Shown: one piece after another, positions 1-8,454 of the stretch
How the letters are laid out: every line of letters begins with the position of its first letter
How positions within the stretch are numbered: position 1 is the first letter of the stretch
Source of the DNA: Opitutaceae bacterium
GTDB lineage: Bacteria; Verrucomicrobiota; Verrucomicrobiia; Opitutales; Opitutaceae
Direction of reading: 5' to 3'
NCBI GenBank assembly: GCA_041652235.1
Contig: JBAZHQ010000001.1
Coordinates: 32 to 64,031 of the forward strand
DNA length: 64,000 nt
Made by a program: the position numbers and the translations under genes
The notes under the pieces: model-generated
Database searches by the model: none
What the model saw: only the letters and a program-made list of their open reading frames with translations
Told to the model about the DNA's origin: nothing

Positions 1-1923
1 CGATGCCGCGGTGAATCGGTACCGGCCCGCGTCGAGTCGGCATCCATAGCGAGGCGGCCCAATGCGAACGTCGGCGATTTTGAAGACCATGTTCGTCGGC
101 GAGAGGCCCGTCGGAAACTGGACCGAGGCGATGGCGTCGTTCTGGTTGCCCGTCAGGATGTCGACGTTGCCGCACAGAGAGCCGACGACGCCTCCGTCCT
201 CGTCCCGGATGGTGACTGCGCGATTGCAGTTCGCCGTGCCGTAGCCCACGACCAGGAACTGCGCGTGGTAGGTTGTGTTGGCGGCGAGCCCCGTGATGCG
301 TGCGACCCACGAGCCTCCGTTGTTGGTGTGGAGCACGTAATCCGTGCCGACCTTCATGATCTTGAAATTGAACCAGGTGCCGGTGGCCTCCGTGATCGTC
401 GTGTTGTCGATCACGAATCGCAGAGCCGCCTCCCCCTCGTTCGTGACGGCGGCGAAGGTGAACCAGAACGACACCTCGACGTCCTGGCAGTACGTACCGA
501 GTTTGAAATCAGCGGTCGCTACGTTGAACCCCACGACGCCGTTGCCGACGGCCACCCCAGCGCCCGTGAGTTGCAAGGCATGGTCGGGACCATCGACGAA
601 AGACGCGATGACCGCAGAGGTTGCCGCGCCACCCACAACCCAGTTCGTCGTGTCGCCGAGCGAGAGGTCGCTGTTGCGGTGGAGCGTGCCGGCGTTGCGA
701 TCGGCCGTCAACGCCGACATCCAGTCGTAGATTGCCTGGCCGATCTGCTGTCCAAACTCTTCCGCGGCGGCGGTGCCGAGGATTCCACCCGTCCCGCTAA
801 TCGTCGTCCGGCTCTCCATCGTGGTGGCGACGATCGCGCCGAATTGTTGACGCAACAGGTTGGCGAAGTAGCCCGTGGACGTGCCGGCGCTGGCCTGCGC
901 CCCGAGGTCCGAACGCAACGCCACCAGCGCGGCGGTGAAGTCCGTCTCGCGGTCGGCGTCGCCGGCAGACGTGCATGGGATCTGCGATGCTCCCGTTGCG
1001 CCGACGCTCGCGCCGGTTCCCGCGTTGGCGTGGAAGTCGACACACAGCGCGCAGACCTGCTGGTTGATCGCTCGGCGAATCGCGTCCCCAATGATCCTCA
1101 CTTCGATCGGCGCGTCCGAGTCCAAAATCCAGTTGCGATTGTGATTGAGCGTCTCGCTCGTTCCGGCCCGGGTCTGGCCGATCAGTTGGCCCTCGGGGTG
1201 CAAACTGGGAAAGACATAGAAGTCGGCGATTTGCAACAGCGCATTGGCGTCGTCGCTTCCGCCGACGATCCAATCGACACACCCCTTGAACGTCCACGCG
1301 CCCGTGTGCTCTCCCGCGTGGTTGAACGTGCCGAGCACGACCGCGTACTTGTCCTTGCGCGGAACGCCGTCGTTAGAAATCCGCAGTCCGTAAACCGGCA
1401 TTTGCGGGATGGCCAGACTCGTGGGCATCTGGCCGTGAACCCTGGTCCCGCCGGTGAATCCGACGACGCCGTCCGTGCCAAGCGAGAGCGGGTGCGCGTA
1501 GATGCTGTTGTCCAGCAGCGACCGAACCCAAGTCTGCATCGCCGCGACGGTCCACGGCTCGAAGGTGGCGATCAAGACGGTATCCGCCGTGAAGGCGGCG
1601 CTGTGCGAATAGATGAAGTGGGTTGCATCGGCCGTGACGCTGGAAAATCGAGTCCAGGTTGCGCCGTCGTCTTCGGAAAAGCACCAATAATCCTGCTCGT
1701 CAAACTTGTTTGCCAGCGGAATTTTCAGCGTCGGCTGGCGCCCAGCGCAGCCGGTGAGACGTGCGTGGAACCACCACCAGAGCGTCGTCGCGTCGCCTCC
1801 AGGCGTCAAGACGCAAGATTCCGTGCGCGGCGCGAACGTGATCGTGGAGGTGCCTTCGTTGATAGACGAGGCTGCTACGTCCACCCTTCCGCAGTCGCTC
1901 GGCTCATAGATTGCGAACGCCAT
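1..1923 (-). CDS. Partial (runs off window edge) virion-associated protein: M14-like zinc carboxypeptidase domain plus C-terminal beta-sandwich/lectin-like region
   Basis: Absent from the ORF track because no stop lies inside the window. My hand translation from ATG 1923..1921 stays open to nt 1 (641 codons). FNHAGEH (HxxE), LNHNRNW and VDFHAN fit the three M14 signature motifs. The + ORF 265..1926 is its antisense shadow. Confidence 0.6.
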   Translation of the reverse strand, partial: MAFAIYEPSDCGRVDVAASSINEGTSTITFAPRTESCVLTPGGDATTLWWWFHARLTGCAGRQPTLKIPLANKFDEQDYWCFSEDDGATWTRFSSVTADATHFIYSHSAAFTADTVLIATFEPWTVAAMQTWVRSLLDNSIYAHPLSLGTDGVVGFTGGTRVHGQMPTSLAIPQMPVYGLRISNDGVPRKDKYAVVLGTFNHAGEHTGAWTFKGCVDWIVGGSDDANALLQIADFYVFPSLHPEGQLIGQTRAGTSETLNHNRNWILDSDAPIEVRIIGDAIRRAINQQVCALCVDFHANAGTGASVGATGASQIPCTSAGDADRETDFTAALVALRSDLGAQASAGTSTGYFANLLRQQFGAIVATTMESRTTISGTGGILGTAAAEEFGQQIGQAIYDWMSALTADRNAGTLHRNSDLSLGDTTNWVVGGAATSAVIASFVDGPDHALQLTGAGVAVGNGVVGFNVATADFKLGTYCQDVEVSFWFTFAAVTNEGEAALRFVIDNTTITEATGTWFNFKIMKVGTDYVLHTNNGGSWVARITGLAANTTYHAQFLVVGYGTANCNRAVTIRDEDGGVVGSLCGNVDILTGNQNDAIASVQFPTGLSPTNMVFKIADVRIGPPRYGCRLDAGRYRFTAAS

Positions 1924-2417
1924 TAGTAGGTCTCCATGACCTCGTTGAGCTTGTCGAGAATCACACGGAGCGCATCGAGTTGACCGCTGAGCGTTTTGAG
2001 CGTGTCGGAGTCGGCGCCCGTGCGAGCCAACTTGGCGTTGCCGTAATCCGTGTGCGCCACCACCTCGTAAGAGTCGCCCGTCTGGGGCGTGCGAAGATTC
2101 GCCGCCCCGCCGTCAATAGTAATGCCCGTCGCGGAGCCGCCCCACGAGACACTGTCAACCCCGGCCGCAATCGCCGCATCGGGCAAGTCAAGCCGGTGTT
2201 CCGCGCCCTCAATCACGAGGATGCCGCCGTCCGCGTGCGCGGTTTCAAGTGTTGCAAGATCGCTTGGCGAAATCGCCGTCTTCGCCCCTGCTACGCCACG
2301 ACGATACCACAGTGAGAGCCCCGCCGTGGCCGACGTGACCGTGACGGGCGCTCCCGTCGCAGTTGTCCAGGCGGCGAACTGTACGGATTGATCGGCGAGT
2401 CCGGCTACGAGTTCCAT
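1923..2417 (-). CDS. Hypothetical virion protein (164 aa)
   Basis: Internal ATG (MELVAG...) of track ORF 1923..2666 shares one base with the TGA of the upstream gene (TGATG at 2415-2419). The 83 Arg-rich codons upstream look non-coding. Its TAA overlaps the next ATG (TAATG at 1921-1925). Confidence 0.5.
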   Translation of the reverse strand: MELVAGLADQSVQFAAWTTATGAPVTVTSATAGLSLWYRRGVAGAKTAISPSDLATLETAHADGGILVIEGAEHRLDLPDAAIAAGVDSVSWGGSATGITIDGGAANLRTPQTGDSYEVVAHTDYGNAKLARTGADSDTLKTLSGQLDALRVILDKLNEVMETY

Positions 2418-3136
2418 CAATACGCTCCTGCCATGCGGCGGTGTCGGCGTTGCTGCCACGGGAAACGAGCGACGTAGCTTACCGGATGATCCGCCGAGTC
2501 CCACGTCGGCGAACCCACCAGCGTCGTCGTGAGGCTTCCGAGATCGGATTCCTTGTCGTCGCGCATCGGAAGCCACCACACCGGCGTGCCGACGTCGCCC
2601 GGCTTCGCGCCGGCCACGAGCGCGGCGATCTCGGCGGCCGAGAGTGCCCGGTCCCATTTCGCCCACTCGGCCAGCGAGCCCTTGAACATGCGATCCGTCG
2701 GGGTGTAACTGCGACTGCCAAGATACAGGGCATTGCCGTCGTTGACCGCACCAAACCCGCTCTGGTTTGCCGTTCCGTCGGCGCTACCGTTGATGTATTG
2801 GGTCAAGGTTTCGCCCGCGCAAACGAGCAAAACATGCTGCCACAGCGTTGACGTGCCGGGAGTGCCCGTGGTGTCCACCACCACCGCATCGTGTGTGGCA
2901 TCGCGGATCGCAAATCGACACTTGTTCGGAATGGTCGCGTCCCCCGCCTCACCGAAGTACCAGTTGAGGCTGTTTGCCGCGTTGAGCGTGCCCCAGGACA
3001 AAAAGTATTGAAAGTAGTTGCCCGCGTTGCTCGCAATCTTCAGCCAACCGCCGAGCGACCATCTCGGCGTCAGCGTCAGCACGGCCGCGTCGGCGGCATA
3101 GAGGTATTGCGACGATCCGTTGAGAACGAGCGACAT
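2417..3136 (-). CDS. LamG / concanavalin-A-like lectin domain protein
   Basis: 239 aa with ATG at 3136. The motif GSLAEWAKWDRALSAAEIAAL is the typical LamG_3 C-terminal signature (..W.RALSAAEI..). Confidence 0.65.
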   Translation of the reverse strand: MSLVLNGSSQYLYAADAAVLTLTPRWSLGGWLKIASNAGNYFQYFLSWGTLNAANSLNWYFGEAGDATIPNKCRFAIRDATHDAVVVDTTGTPGTSTLWQHVLLVCAGETLTQYINGSADGTANQSGFGAVNDGNALYLGSRSYTPTDRMFKGSLAEWAKWDRALSAAEIAALVAGAKPGDVGTPVWWLPMRDDKESDLGSLTTTLVGSPTWDSADHPVSYVARFPWQQRRHRRMAGAY

Positions 3137-3137
3137 C

Positions 3138-4052
3138 CTACCCTCTCGCTTTCAAAATCGCGTCGATTATTTCCTCCCGCACCTCGTCGGGGTTGCAATC
3201 ATCCGTGTTTGGAACCACACCGCCCAAGCGCACGAGCGTCTCGGCGTAGCGAAGATCGTAAATCGCCTCCCGGTACGAGTCGCCGTAGAGCAACCCGAAT
3301 CGCCACGGAGCCACGCCCGTGAACCCGCGCGCAAGCGCACGGAGCCCATAGGTGAGCCGGCTGGCGTGCTGTGATCCGTAGACCCACGCCTCGCCCCCGG
3401 CTTTCCGCCACGCCACCGGGTCCACGCCAGGCACGTCGTTGAGGATCGCCAGGTCGATCTGCCCTTCCCCGACGCGCAGGCCCATCTCGGAATTGCCCTC
3501 CAACGCACACATGACGCGCAGACCGTAGCCGCGCGCCACCTGGAAACACGGCACCTGGGCGGCAAGTTCCTCTTCCGTCGGCTCGTCGTGGGCGTACACG
3601 TAGAGCGTCTTGATGCCGTGCTTCTCCAAGACCTTCAGCGCCACGGGAATCTGCGCTTCCATCTTTGGAATCCCAGACGAATTCCAGGGCATCAATCCGC
3701 GCGAGTACAGCGGCTGGTTGGACAGCCCGGCGGCCTCGCGGATGTCGAGGCTGCGCTCGAATGCGGGGGTGATCCACGGCTCCTCGCCGAGCGCCGACAG
3801 GTCAAACCACGACATCGGGTGCGTCACGCCCATGGCGGCGAGTTGCCGGCAGTGGTCCGTGAAGTCCGCCTCGTTGCAGTTGTTGCAGTTGGTTTTGAGT
3901 TGATCGCAGTAGTAGACCGAGGCCCGCAACGGGGACGGCGCGAGATCAAACGGCATCACGTCCACGCCGGCCACCGGAGAACCGTCCGGCGGGACAAGGA
4001 CACTTTTTGAGACGTATTGGCCGCGACAAGCGCGGATCGGGGTGGTGGTCAT
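3138..4052 (-). CDS. Hypothetical protein, 304 aa
   Basis: Long ORF with ATG at 4052 and protein-like composition, packed 1 nt from the next gene. No family recognised. Confidence 0.55.
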   Translation of the reverse strand: MTTTPIRACRGQYVSKSVLVPPDGSPVAGVDVMPFDLAPSPLRASVYYCDQLKTNCNNCNEADFTDHCRQLAAMGVTHPMSWFDLSALGEEPWITPAFERSLDIREAAGLSNQPLYSRGLMPWNSSGIPKMEAQIPVALKVLEKHGIKTLYVYAHDEPTEEELAAQVPCFQVARGYGLRVMCALEGNSEMGLRVGEGQIDLAILNDVPGVDPVAWRKAGGEAWVYGSQHASRLTYGLRALARGFTGVAPWRFGLLYGDSYREAIYDLRYAETLVRLGGVVPNTDDCNPDEVREEIIDAILKARG

Positions 4053-4055
4053 GGG

Positions 4056-4409
4056 CTAGCCCTTCCTACTGTTGACCTCGGCGCAATGCACCTTGATCCC
4101 GACGAGTGCATCCGCAATCTTGCCGTCGACCTCGACCCTCTGCTTGCGTTCCTCCGCCTGATCCCAGCGGATTTGCCCCTTTTCCTTTTGCAAGAGCAAG
4201 ATGATATAGAACATCAACCCCGTTGAACCCGCTTCTGCGATGAGTCGGCCCCACTCGACCGCCTGCGACCCGGGCGATGGTCCGGTCTGTGCCATCGGCC
4301 CGGCGGACAACACCATCGGCATCCCGGGCGTGGACGAGAGGAACGCGGCGGCGTTGCCGCCGACAAGCAGTAGACAGGCTGCCACCGCAGCGACTTGTAG
4401 CTTGACCAT
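4056..4409 (-). CDS. Small membrane/secreted protein (possible holin- or spanin-like)
   Basis: 117 aa with an N-terminal hydrophobic segment VAAVAACLLLVGG and a second one, LMFYIILLL. It lies next to the peptidase gene. Confidence 0.45.
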   Translation of the reverse strand: MVKLQVAAVAACLLLVGGNAAAFLSSTPGMPMVLSAGPMAQTGPSPGSQAVEWGRLIAEAGSTGLMFYIILLLQKEKGQIRWDQAEERKQRVEVDGKIADALVGIKVHCAEVNSRKG

Positions 4410-4435
4410 TCGTCTTGTCTCCGCCGCTGTTACGG

Positions 4436-5233
4436 TCAGTCTTTCGTGGCTCTAATACCGATTGCCTCGTCCGGCACCGCCTTCGTTCCGCTCCGCTCGA
4501 TCAAGTCGTTCTCGTTGTGGCTGTTTCGGATGACCCATCGCAGATTGTTCGGCTTGGACTCATCCCACACTAGACCGGCCAACTCCAGTGCGTGGCCTTC
4601 CCAGTCGTAGGCAATCTGTAGCGGATTGCCTGTCTTGAGGATCGTGACGCAATGCTGGATCATGGACGCCGCGCTGGAGTTGTCGGTATCCCACGCCTCG
4701 GCGATGCGATTCTTCAGCGCATCCTCTTCCCAGCCGTCAACGTAGGAGCGGTAGCTCCGGCTGTGCGGGTCGGGCGTGAACGCCATCGAGCATACGCCGC
4801 GCTCCATCGCCGCTGAGACGGCCGACGACAGATAGTTGCCAGCATTTGCCCAGTTGACCGACCACCCAAGGCTGACCGGCGAGAGCAAGGGGAACGCCTT
4901 GGCCTCCCTCGCCATCGCGTCCATCAGCGCCGCGACGACGGACCACGACCAGCAGTAGTTCAGGCCGTTTTGCGTCCACTGGAAGCCCGGCGGAGCCCAT
5001 GTACGGTGCTGGTGGTACATGGGGAATATCTGCCGTTCGTGGCAGTGGGCGATCACTTCCTTGTAGTCGGCCGGTAGGACCAACTTGTCCGCGAGAGCCT
5101 CGCCGCACGGAACGAGCGGGTATTGGCAGCCGTACTTGCTCTGGCGCTTCAGAACGCCCGGCTCGCCGAACTTTGCCGCTTGGTCACCGGCGATGCTTCG
5201 CCAATGCCCGTCGCAGTTGATTTGCTGGATCAT
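4436..5233 (-). CDS. Papain-like (C1-type) cysteine peptidase-like protein
   Basis: Start set to the internal ATG (MIQQINCDG) that forms an ATGA overlap with the upstream stop at 5230-5233. QNGLNYCWSWSVV resembles the QxxCxSCW catalytic Cys block, EGHALELAG the His block and WVIRNSHNEN the NSW block. Confidence 0.55.
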   Translation of the reverse strand: MIQQINCDGHWRSIAGDQAAKFGEPGVLKRQSKYGCQYPLVPCGEALADKLVLPADYKEVIAHCHERQIFPMYHQHRTWAPPGFQWTQNGLNYCWSWSVVAALMDAMAREAKAFPLLSPVSLGWSVNWANAGNYLSSAVSAAMERGVCSMAFTPDPHSRSYRSYVDGWEEDALKNRIAEAWDTDNSSAASMIQHCVTILKTGNPLQIAYDWEGHALELAGLVWDESKPNNLRWVIRNSHNENDLIERSGTKAVPDEAIGIRATKD

Positions 5234-6105
5234 TTCAGGCCCTCCAAAAGAGTCCAGAACGCAGTGGGATCGGACGGCATGGGAAACTCCTGAACCGCAC
5301 CGCCGCCGATCGGCGCGAAGGCAACCCGGGGCATCGGCTTCCCTTGAATCGCCGCGTAGAACGGCTGGAGTCCCTCGGGCACGACCGCGGGCACTTCGAT
5401 TAGCCTGCAACTTTGCCCGTTGCAAACCGTCTTGGTCGTGGCCTTCGACATCGCGTTGTAATCACGTCCGCCGAGAAAGCGGTGGCCCTTGGCCGTCAAC
5501 TCGTCGCGGAACACGAGTCCGGAGATCATGTCCACTTGGCCGCGCGGCATGTTGTCCAGGTCGTTGCTCTCATAAAACAGCACCACCTGCCATTTCGTGA
5601 CCGGCGGGGGTGGCGGTGGTGGCGGTGGTGGCGGTGGTGGAGGTACGGGACCGCTGCCCACCGTCACAACCAACTCGGCCAGTTGGTCTTGGCCCGTGTT
5701 CCAATCGACTATCACGCGATATTCGCCGGGTGCAGCGGGCGTGTACCGAATCACCGGCTGGAGGGTCGCGCCCTCGGCCGCGATGACCAGTTCCAAGCGA
5801 ACGTCGAGTGATTCCTTTGGCTTGCCCGGGGTCAGGACGTAAACGTACATCCGCCCGTCGCCCAGCGCCCACGCGAGTTGGTCCAAGAGCGGTTTGGCAA
5901 GATCGACCGGCGGAGTTCCGGTCAGCCGCCAGGTTCCTTCGGTCCCGACGGCGAGGGTCGCGGGCCCGGCAATCGTGATCGGCTGAGCCTTGGCCTGTTG
6001 GACCGGCCCATAGGCCGGTACGGTCAAGGTCGAATCGGCGGCCGGCCCTCCGCCGGCCAGAGCAAGCGTTAATAAGATCGGCAGCAAAAAGCGTTTCATT
6101 TGCAC
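5230..6105 (-). CDS. Secreted two-domain protein with a 15-residue poly-proline linker
   Basis: Signal-peptide-like N-terminus MKRFLLPILLTLALAGG, and PVPPPPPPPPPPPPPPPV in the middle. The first codon is GTG at 6105, with an ATG two codons later at 6099. Confidence 0.6.
   Translation of the reverse strand: MQMKRFLLPILLTLALAGGGPAADSTLTVPAYGPVQQAKAQPITIAGPATLAVGTEGTWRLTGTPPVDLAKPLLDQLAWALGDGRMYVYVLTPGKPKESLDVRLELVIAAEGATLQPVIRYTPAAPGEYRVIVDWNTGQDQLAELVVTVGSGPVPPPPPPPPPPPPPPVTKWQVVLFYESNDLDNMPRGQVDMISGLVFRDELTAKGHRFLGGRDYNAMSKATTKTVCNGQSCRLIEVPAVVPEGLQPFYAAIQGKPMPRVAFAPIGGGAVQEFPMPSDPTAFWTLLEGLK
5603..5647 (-). repeat. (GGTGGC)n-type simple repeat encoding the poly-Pro tract
   Basis: + strand reads cggcgggggtggcggtggtggcggtggtggcggtggtggagg. 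Confidence 0.8.
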
Positions 6106-6108
6106 ACC

Positions 6109-6204
6109 TCAGAATGGTCTCGGGCACCACCAGCAGAAGCAGAACCACGCGAGCGTGCCCAGCAGGAGCATCCACCACCAGGCACGCTGCGCTCGGTTCG
6201 TCAC
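6109..6204 (-). CDS. Possible 31-aa hydrophobic peptide (below the track cutoff)
   Basis: Hand translation from GTG 6204 gives TNRAQRAWWWMLLLGTLAWFCFCWWCPRPF, with the stop at 6109-6111. It fills the gap between two genes. Confidence 0.25.
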   Translation of the reverse strand: MTNRAQRAWWWMLLLGTLAWFCFCWWCPRPF

Positions 6205-6213
6205 GACGTCACC

Positions 6214-6633
6214 CTAGTTGGTCGGCGAGGGTTCCGCGTCGTCTTTGTCCAGGAAGATCGGCAGAATCATGGGCAGGTACTTGAGAATCAGCTCAAGCAC
6301 CTTCTGCCAGTCGATGTTCAACCGACCCCCGACGGCTCGGCAGTAGGCTGTCACGGCGGGAGACGCCGCAAGCGCTTCACGGTCAAGTGCGGCAGGCATG
6401 GTCTGAAGATCGGCCCACATATCGCGGAACAACTGCCGGATCACGGCGTCCTGGGCCGTCACCCTGACCATCGCACACAACAGGTCGTCGATCTTGGTGG
6501 CTGTCGCCACGGCCCACGGCTCGACTGTATCGACGATCTTCAGGGCGAAGTCCAGCACCTTGTCGGGATCACCGATGATGCCCTTCAAGATATTCAAGAA
6601 CATCGCAATCAGAACGTTCACCAACTTGTCCAT
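6214..6633 (-). CDS. Hypothetical protein (139 aa)
   Basis: Internal ATG (MDKLVNV) is preceded by AAGGGGAAAAGGGAGCTGATC. The N-terminus is hydrophobic (VLIAMFLNIL). Confidence 0.5.
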   Translation of the reverse strand: MDKLVNVLIAMFLNILKGIIGDPDKVLDFALKIVDTVEPWAVATATKIDDLLCAMVRVTAQDAVIRQLFRDMWADLQTMPAALDREALAASPAVTAYCRAVGGRLNIDWQKVLELILKYLPMILPIFLDKDDAEPSPTN

Positions 6634-6714
6634 GATCAGCTCCCTTTTCCCCTTAGCACTTTTGTAACAGATGATTACGGGCAAGGAGTATAAATCCCCC
6701 AATCATCTAATTCA

Positions 6715-7179
6715 CTAGAACGCCTCCAACAACGCATCAAGAATCACCTCGCCGCATTGAACCAGGTCCACCTCGCCCAACCCCAGGAATTCCCGCTGCG
6801 GTATGTTACGATCTTGAAACCCGTAATTATGCACACCAGCCCCGGGGATGCCCCCAATACCTCCGTCCTTGTCCACACCAGTGAGCAGTGCATTGCCCTC
6901 GACCCGGCTCACATGCCCACCACCCATTCCGGATGCCGCTGCCATCAGGCTACCCGATCCCTCCGTGTTTGTCTCCACCAACAACGGGTGCCCGTCTCCC
7001 TCGATCTTCCGCGTTGGCCAAGCAACGCCATCCGGATTCGACTGCAGGACGAAGTTCTCGAAGATCCCCCGATCAACAATCGGCTTGCACTTCTCCAACG
7101 CCTGCGGAATGACGTCGCGGATCCGTGATGGAATCTGGTTGAGGTCTTCGGCAAACTGTTCTATGGTCTGACGTTTCAT
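6715..7179 (-). CDS. Virion morphogenesis / tail-completion protein (Mu gpG-like)
   Basis: Start at the internal ATG (MKRQTIE) with an ATGA overlap at 7176-7179. C-terminal GFQDRNIPQREFLGL resembles the R.FLG motif of the Mu G/virion morphogenesis family. It lies downstream of the head genes. Confidence 0.5.
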   Translation of the reverse strand: MKRQTIEQFAEDLNQIPSRIRDVIPQALEKCKPIVDRGIFENFVLQSNPDGVAWPTRKIEGDGHPLLVETNTEGSGSLMAAASGMGGGHVSRVEGNALLTGVDKDGGIGGIPGAGVHNYGFQDRNIPQREFLGLGEVDLVQCGEVILDALLEAF

Positions 7180-7526
7180 AGCTGCTTCCGGGCAACAACA
7201 TCTCGGGTAATCACGTCCACACCAAACCCACTTGAAGCAAGATGGCTCACGATCACCCACACCGTGGAATCGGAGGTTGTTATTGTATCCCCTCGTTCAG
7301 GAACGACATCGCCGAGTTGTTTGCAACCAAGACACCAAACGAAATCCGTGGGCTCCAGCCCAAGGTTGCCACCAAGCATCGCCTCACGAAAATTTAGGCT
7401 CCGCACGATCGCCTTGATTCCCGTCGTCTCCTCCCCTGTGACGCTGCCGGTCAGGGTGACCTCCTGAAGATCGTCCCGCAACTCGAAATCGTCGAGGAGC
7501 ATCTGAGCGTAGTCTGGTGTGGTCAT
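7176..7526 (-). CDS. Head-tail connector-like small protein
   Basis: 116 aa, with ATGA overlaps on both sides. The call rests on its position between the capsid and gpG-like genes. Confidence 0.4.
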   Translation of the reverse strand: MTTPDYAQMLLDDFELRDDLQEVTLTGSVTGEETTGIKAIVRSLNFREAMLGGNLGLEPTDFVWCLGCKQLGDVVPERGDTITTSDSTVWVIVSHLASSGFGVDVITRDVVARKQL

Positions 7527-7756
7527 GCTGGCCGGCCCTCAAGAGGTACTTCCCAGGGACCGGCCAAAACATCGATGAGCGCGCTCAGCTCCTTCAGCTC
7601 GCGATACAAACCGTCCTTGTAGCCCACATGGTCGACGGTTCCACCACCCCCTCCGCTTATGTTGGGCCTTCCCCCCGCAGCAGATGTGCTGAGCGCCGCC
7701 AGCTCGGTCATGATCGCCGTTCGGCGAGCCACGGCGTTCTCCAGATCTGTGGCCAT
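7523..7756 (-). CDS. Hypothetical small protein
   Basis: Track ORF 7523..7765 starts at a GTG. ATG 7756 lies 9 nt after GAGGG. The protein has a Gly-rich centre, GGGGGT. Confidence 0.4.
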   Translation of the reverse strand: MATDLENAVARRTAIMTELAALSTSAAGGRPNISGGGGGTVDHVGYKDGLYRELKELSALIDVLAGPWEVPLEGRPA

Positions 7757-7828
7757 CGAAAACACCCTCGTCTAGCCCGCGTGTGCCCCGGACAGGGCCT
7801 CCGTGCCGGGATGCCGTATCGTTTTAGC

Positions 7829-8335
7829 CTACAACCGCTCTCGCTGCGATTTGGCCCTCGCTCGGGGCTTTGGCGACCGCATTGTCCTCGTCCCAGGACC
7901 GGCGACTGCCCCACGTACCTTGGGGGGTTCCACTTCAACCGGTGGTTCCGGATCGGCTACCGGCTCCTCTGGCTCGGCCGGCTGTGGTGCCGACGGCGGG
8001 GACGGCGGGACCGGCTGAAGTACCCGGGCAAGCCCGTCGGCCAATGCGTCGGCCAACCTTTTGGTTGCTCGCATCTCCTGGGTCTCGATGAACTTCTCAA
8101 GAGCGCTCTCGGGAAGTGCGGGCTGCTCGTAGGGGGGCTCGTCGGTCTCGGTGATCTCGTATGGATGGATGGTTGACGAAATTCCCATCATCCTATTGTA
8201 GATCTCCCGGGCCTCCGCAAATCGGTTTTCCCGCCCCATCGATCGCAACTTCGATCCGTCGATAACACGGGTCGCAAGCCTTCGCATCACTTCCGGCGCA
8301 TCCTTATGCACCAAAACCACCTTGATGTTTTCCAT
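7829..8335 (-). CDS. Hypothetical protein with a Pro/Glu-rich C-terminal half
   Basis: ATG (MENIKVV) at 8335 is preceded by AGCTTTGGGAAGAATAACT. The track start is a TTG. Confidence 0.45.
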   Translation of the reverse strand: MENIKVVLVHKDAPEVMRRLATRVIDGSKLRSMGRENRFAEAREIYNRMMGISSTIHPYEITETDEPPYEQPALPESALEKFIETQEMRATKRLADALADGLARVLQPVPPSPPSAPQPAEPEEPVADPEPPVEVEPPKVRGAVAGPGTRTMRSPKPRARAKSQRERL

Positions 8336-8367
8336 AGTTATTCTTCCCAAAGCTTAGGTAAAAGACA

Positions 8368-8414
8368 CCGCCCGGCAATCGATTTCGGCGGCTGAAGATT
8401 TGATTGCCGGGCGG
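8368..8414 (-). terminator. 13-bp stem hairpin about 40 nt downstream of the capsid gene stop
   Basis: ccgcccggcaatc (8368-8380) is the exact reverse complement of gattgccgggcgg (8402-8414), with a 21-nt loop. There is no obvious U-tract. Confidence 0.5.
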
Positions 8415-8454
8415 CGGACACTAGATGAACCACACCAACACCCAAAAACCGAGA

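Noticed and set aside
265-1926. 553-aa + strand ORF, the longest ORF in the first 2 kb
   Set aside because: Its composition is extremely Arg/Asp/Val/Gly-rich, typical of the antisense frame of a GC-rich gene. The complementary strand carries an uninterrupted ORF with M14 peptidase motifs and a proper ATG coupled to the upstream stop.
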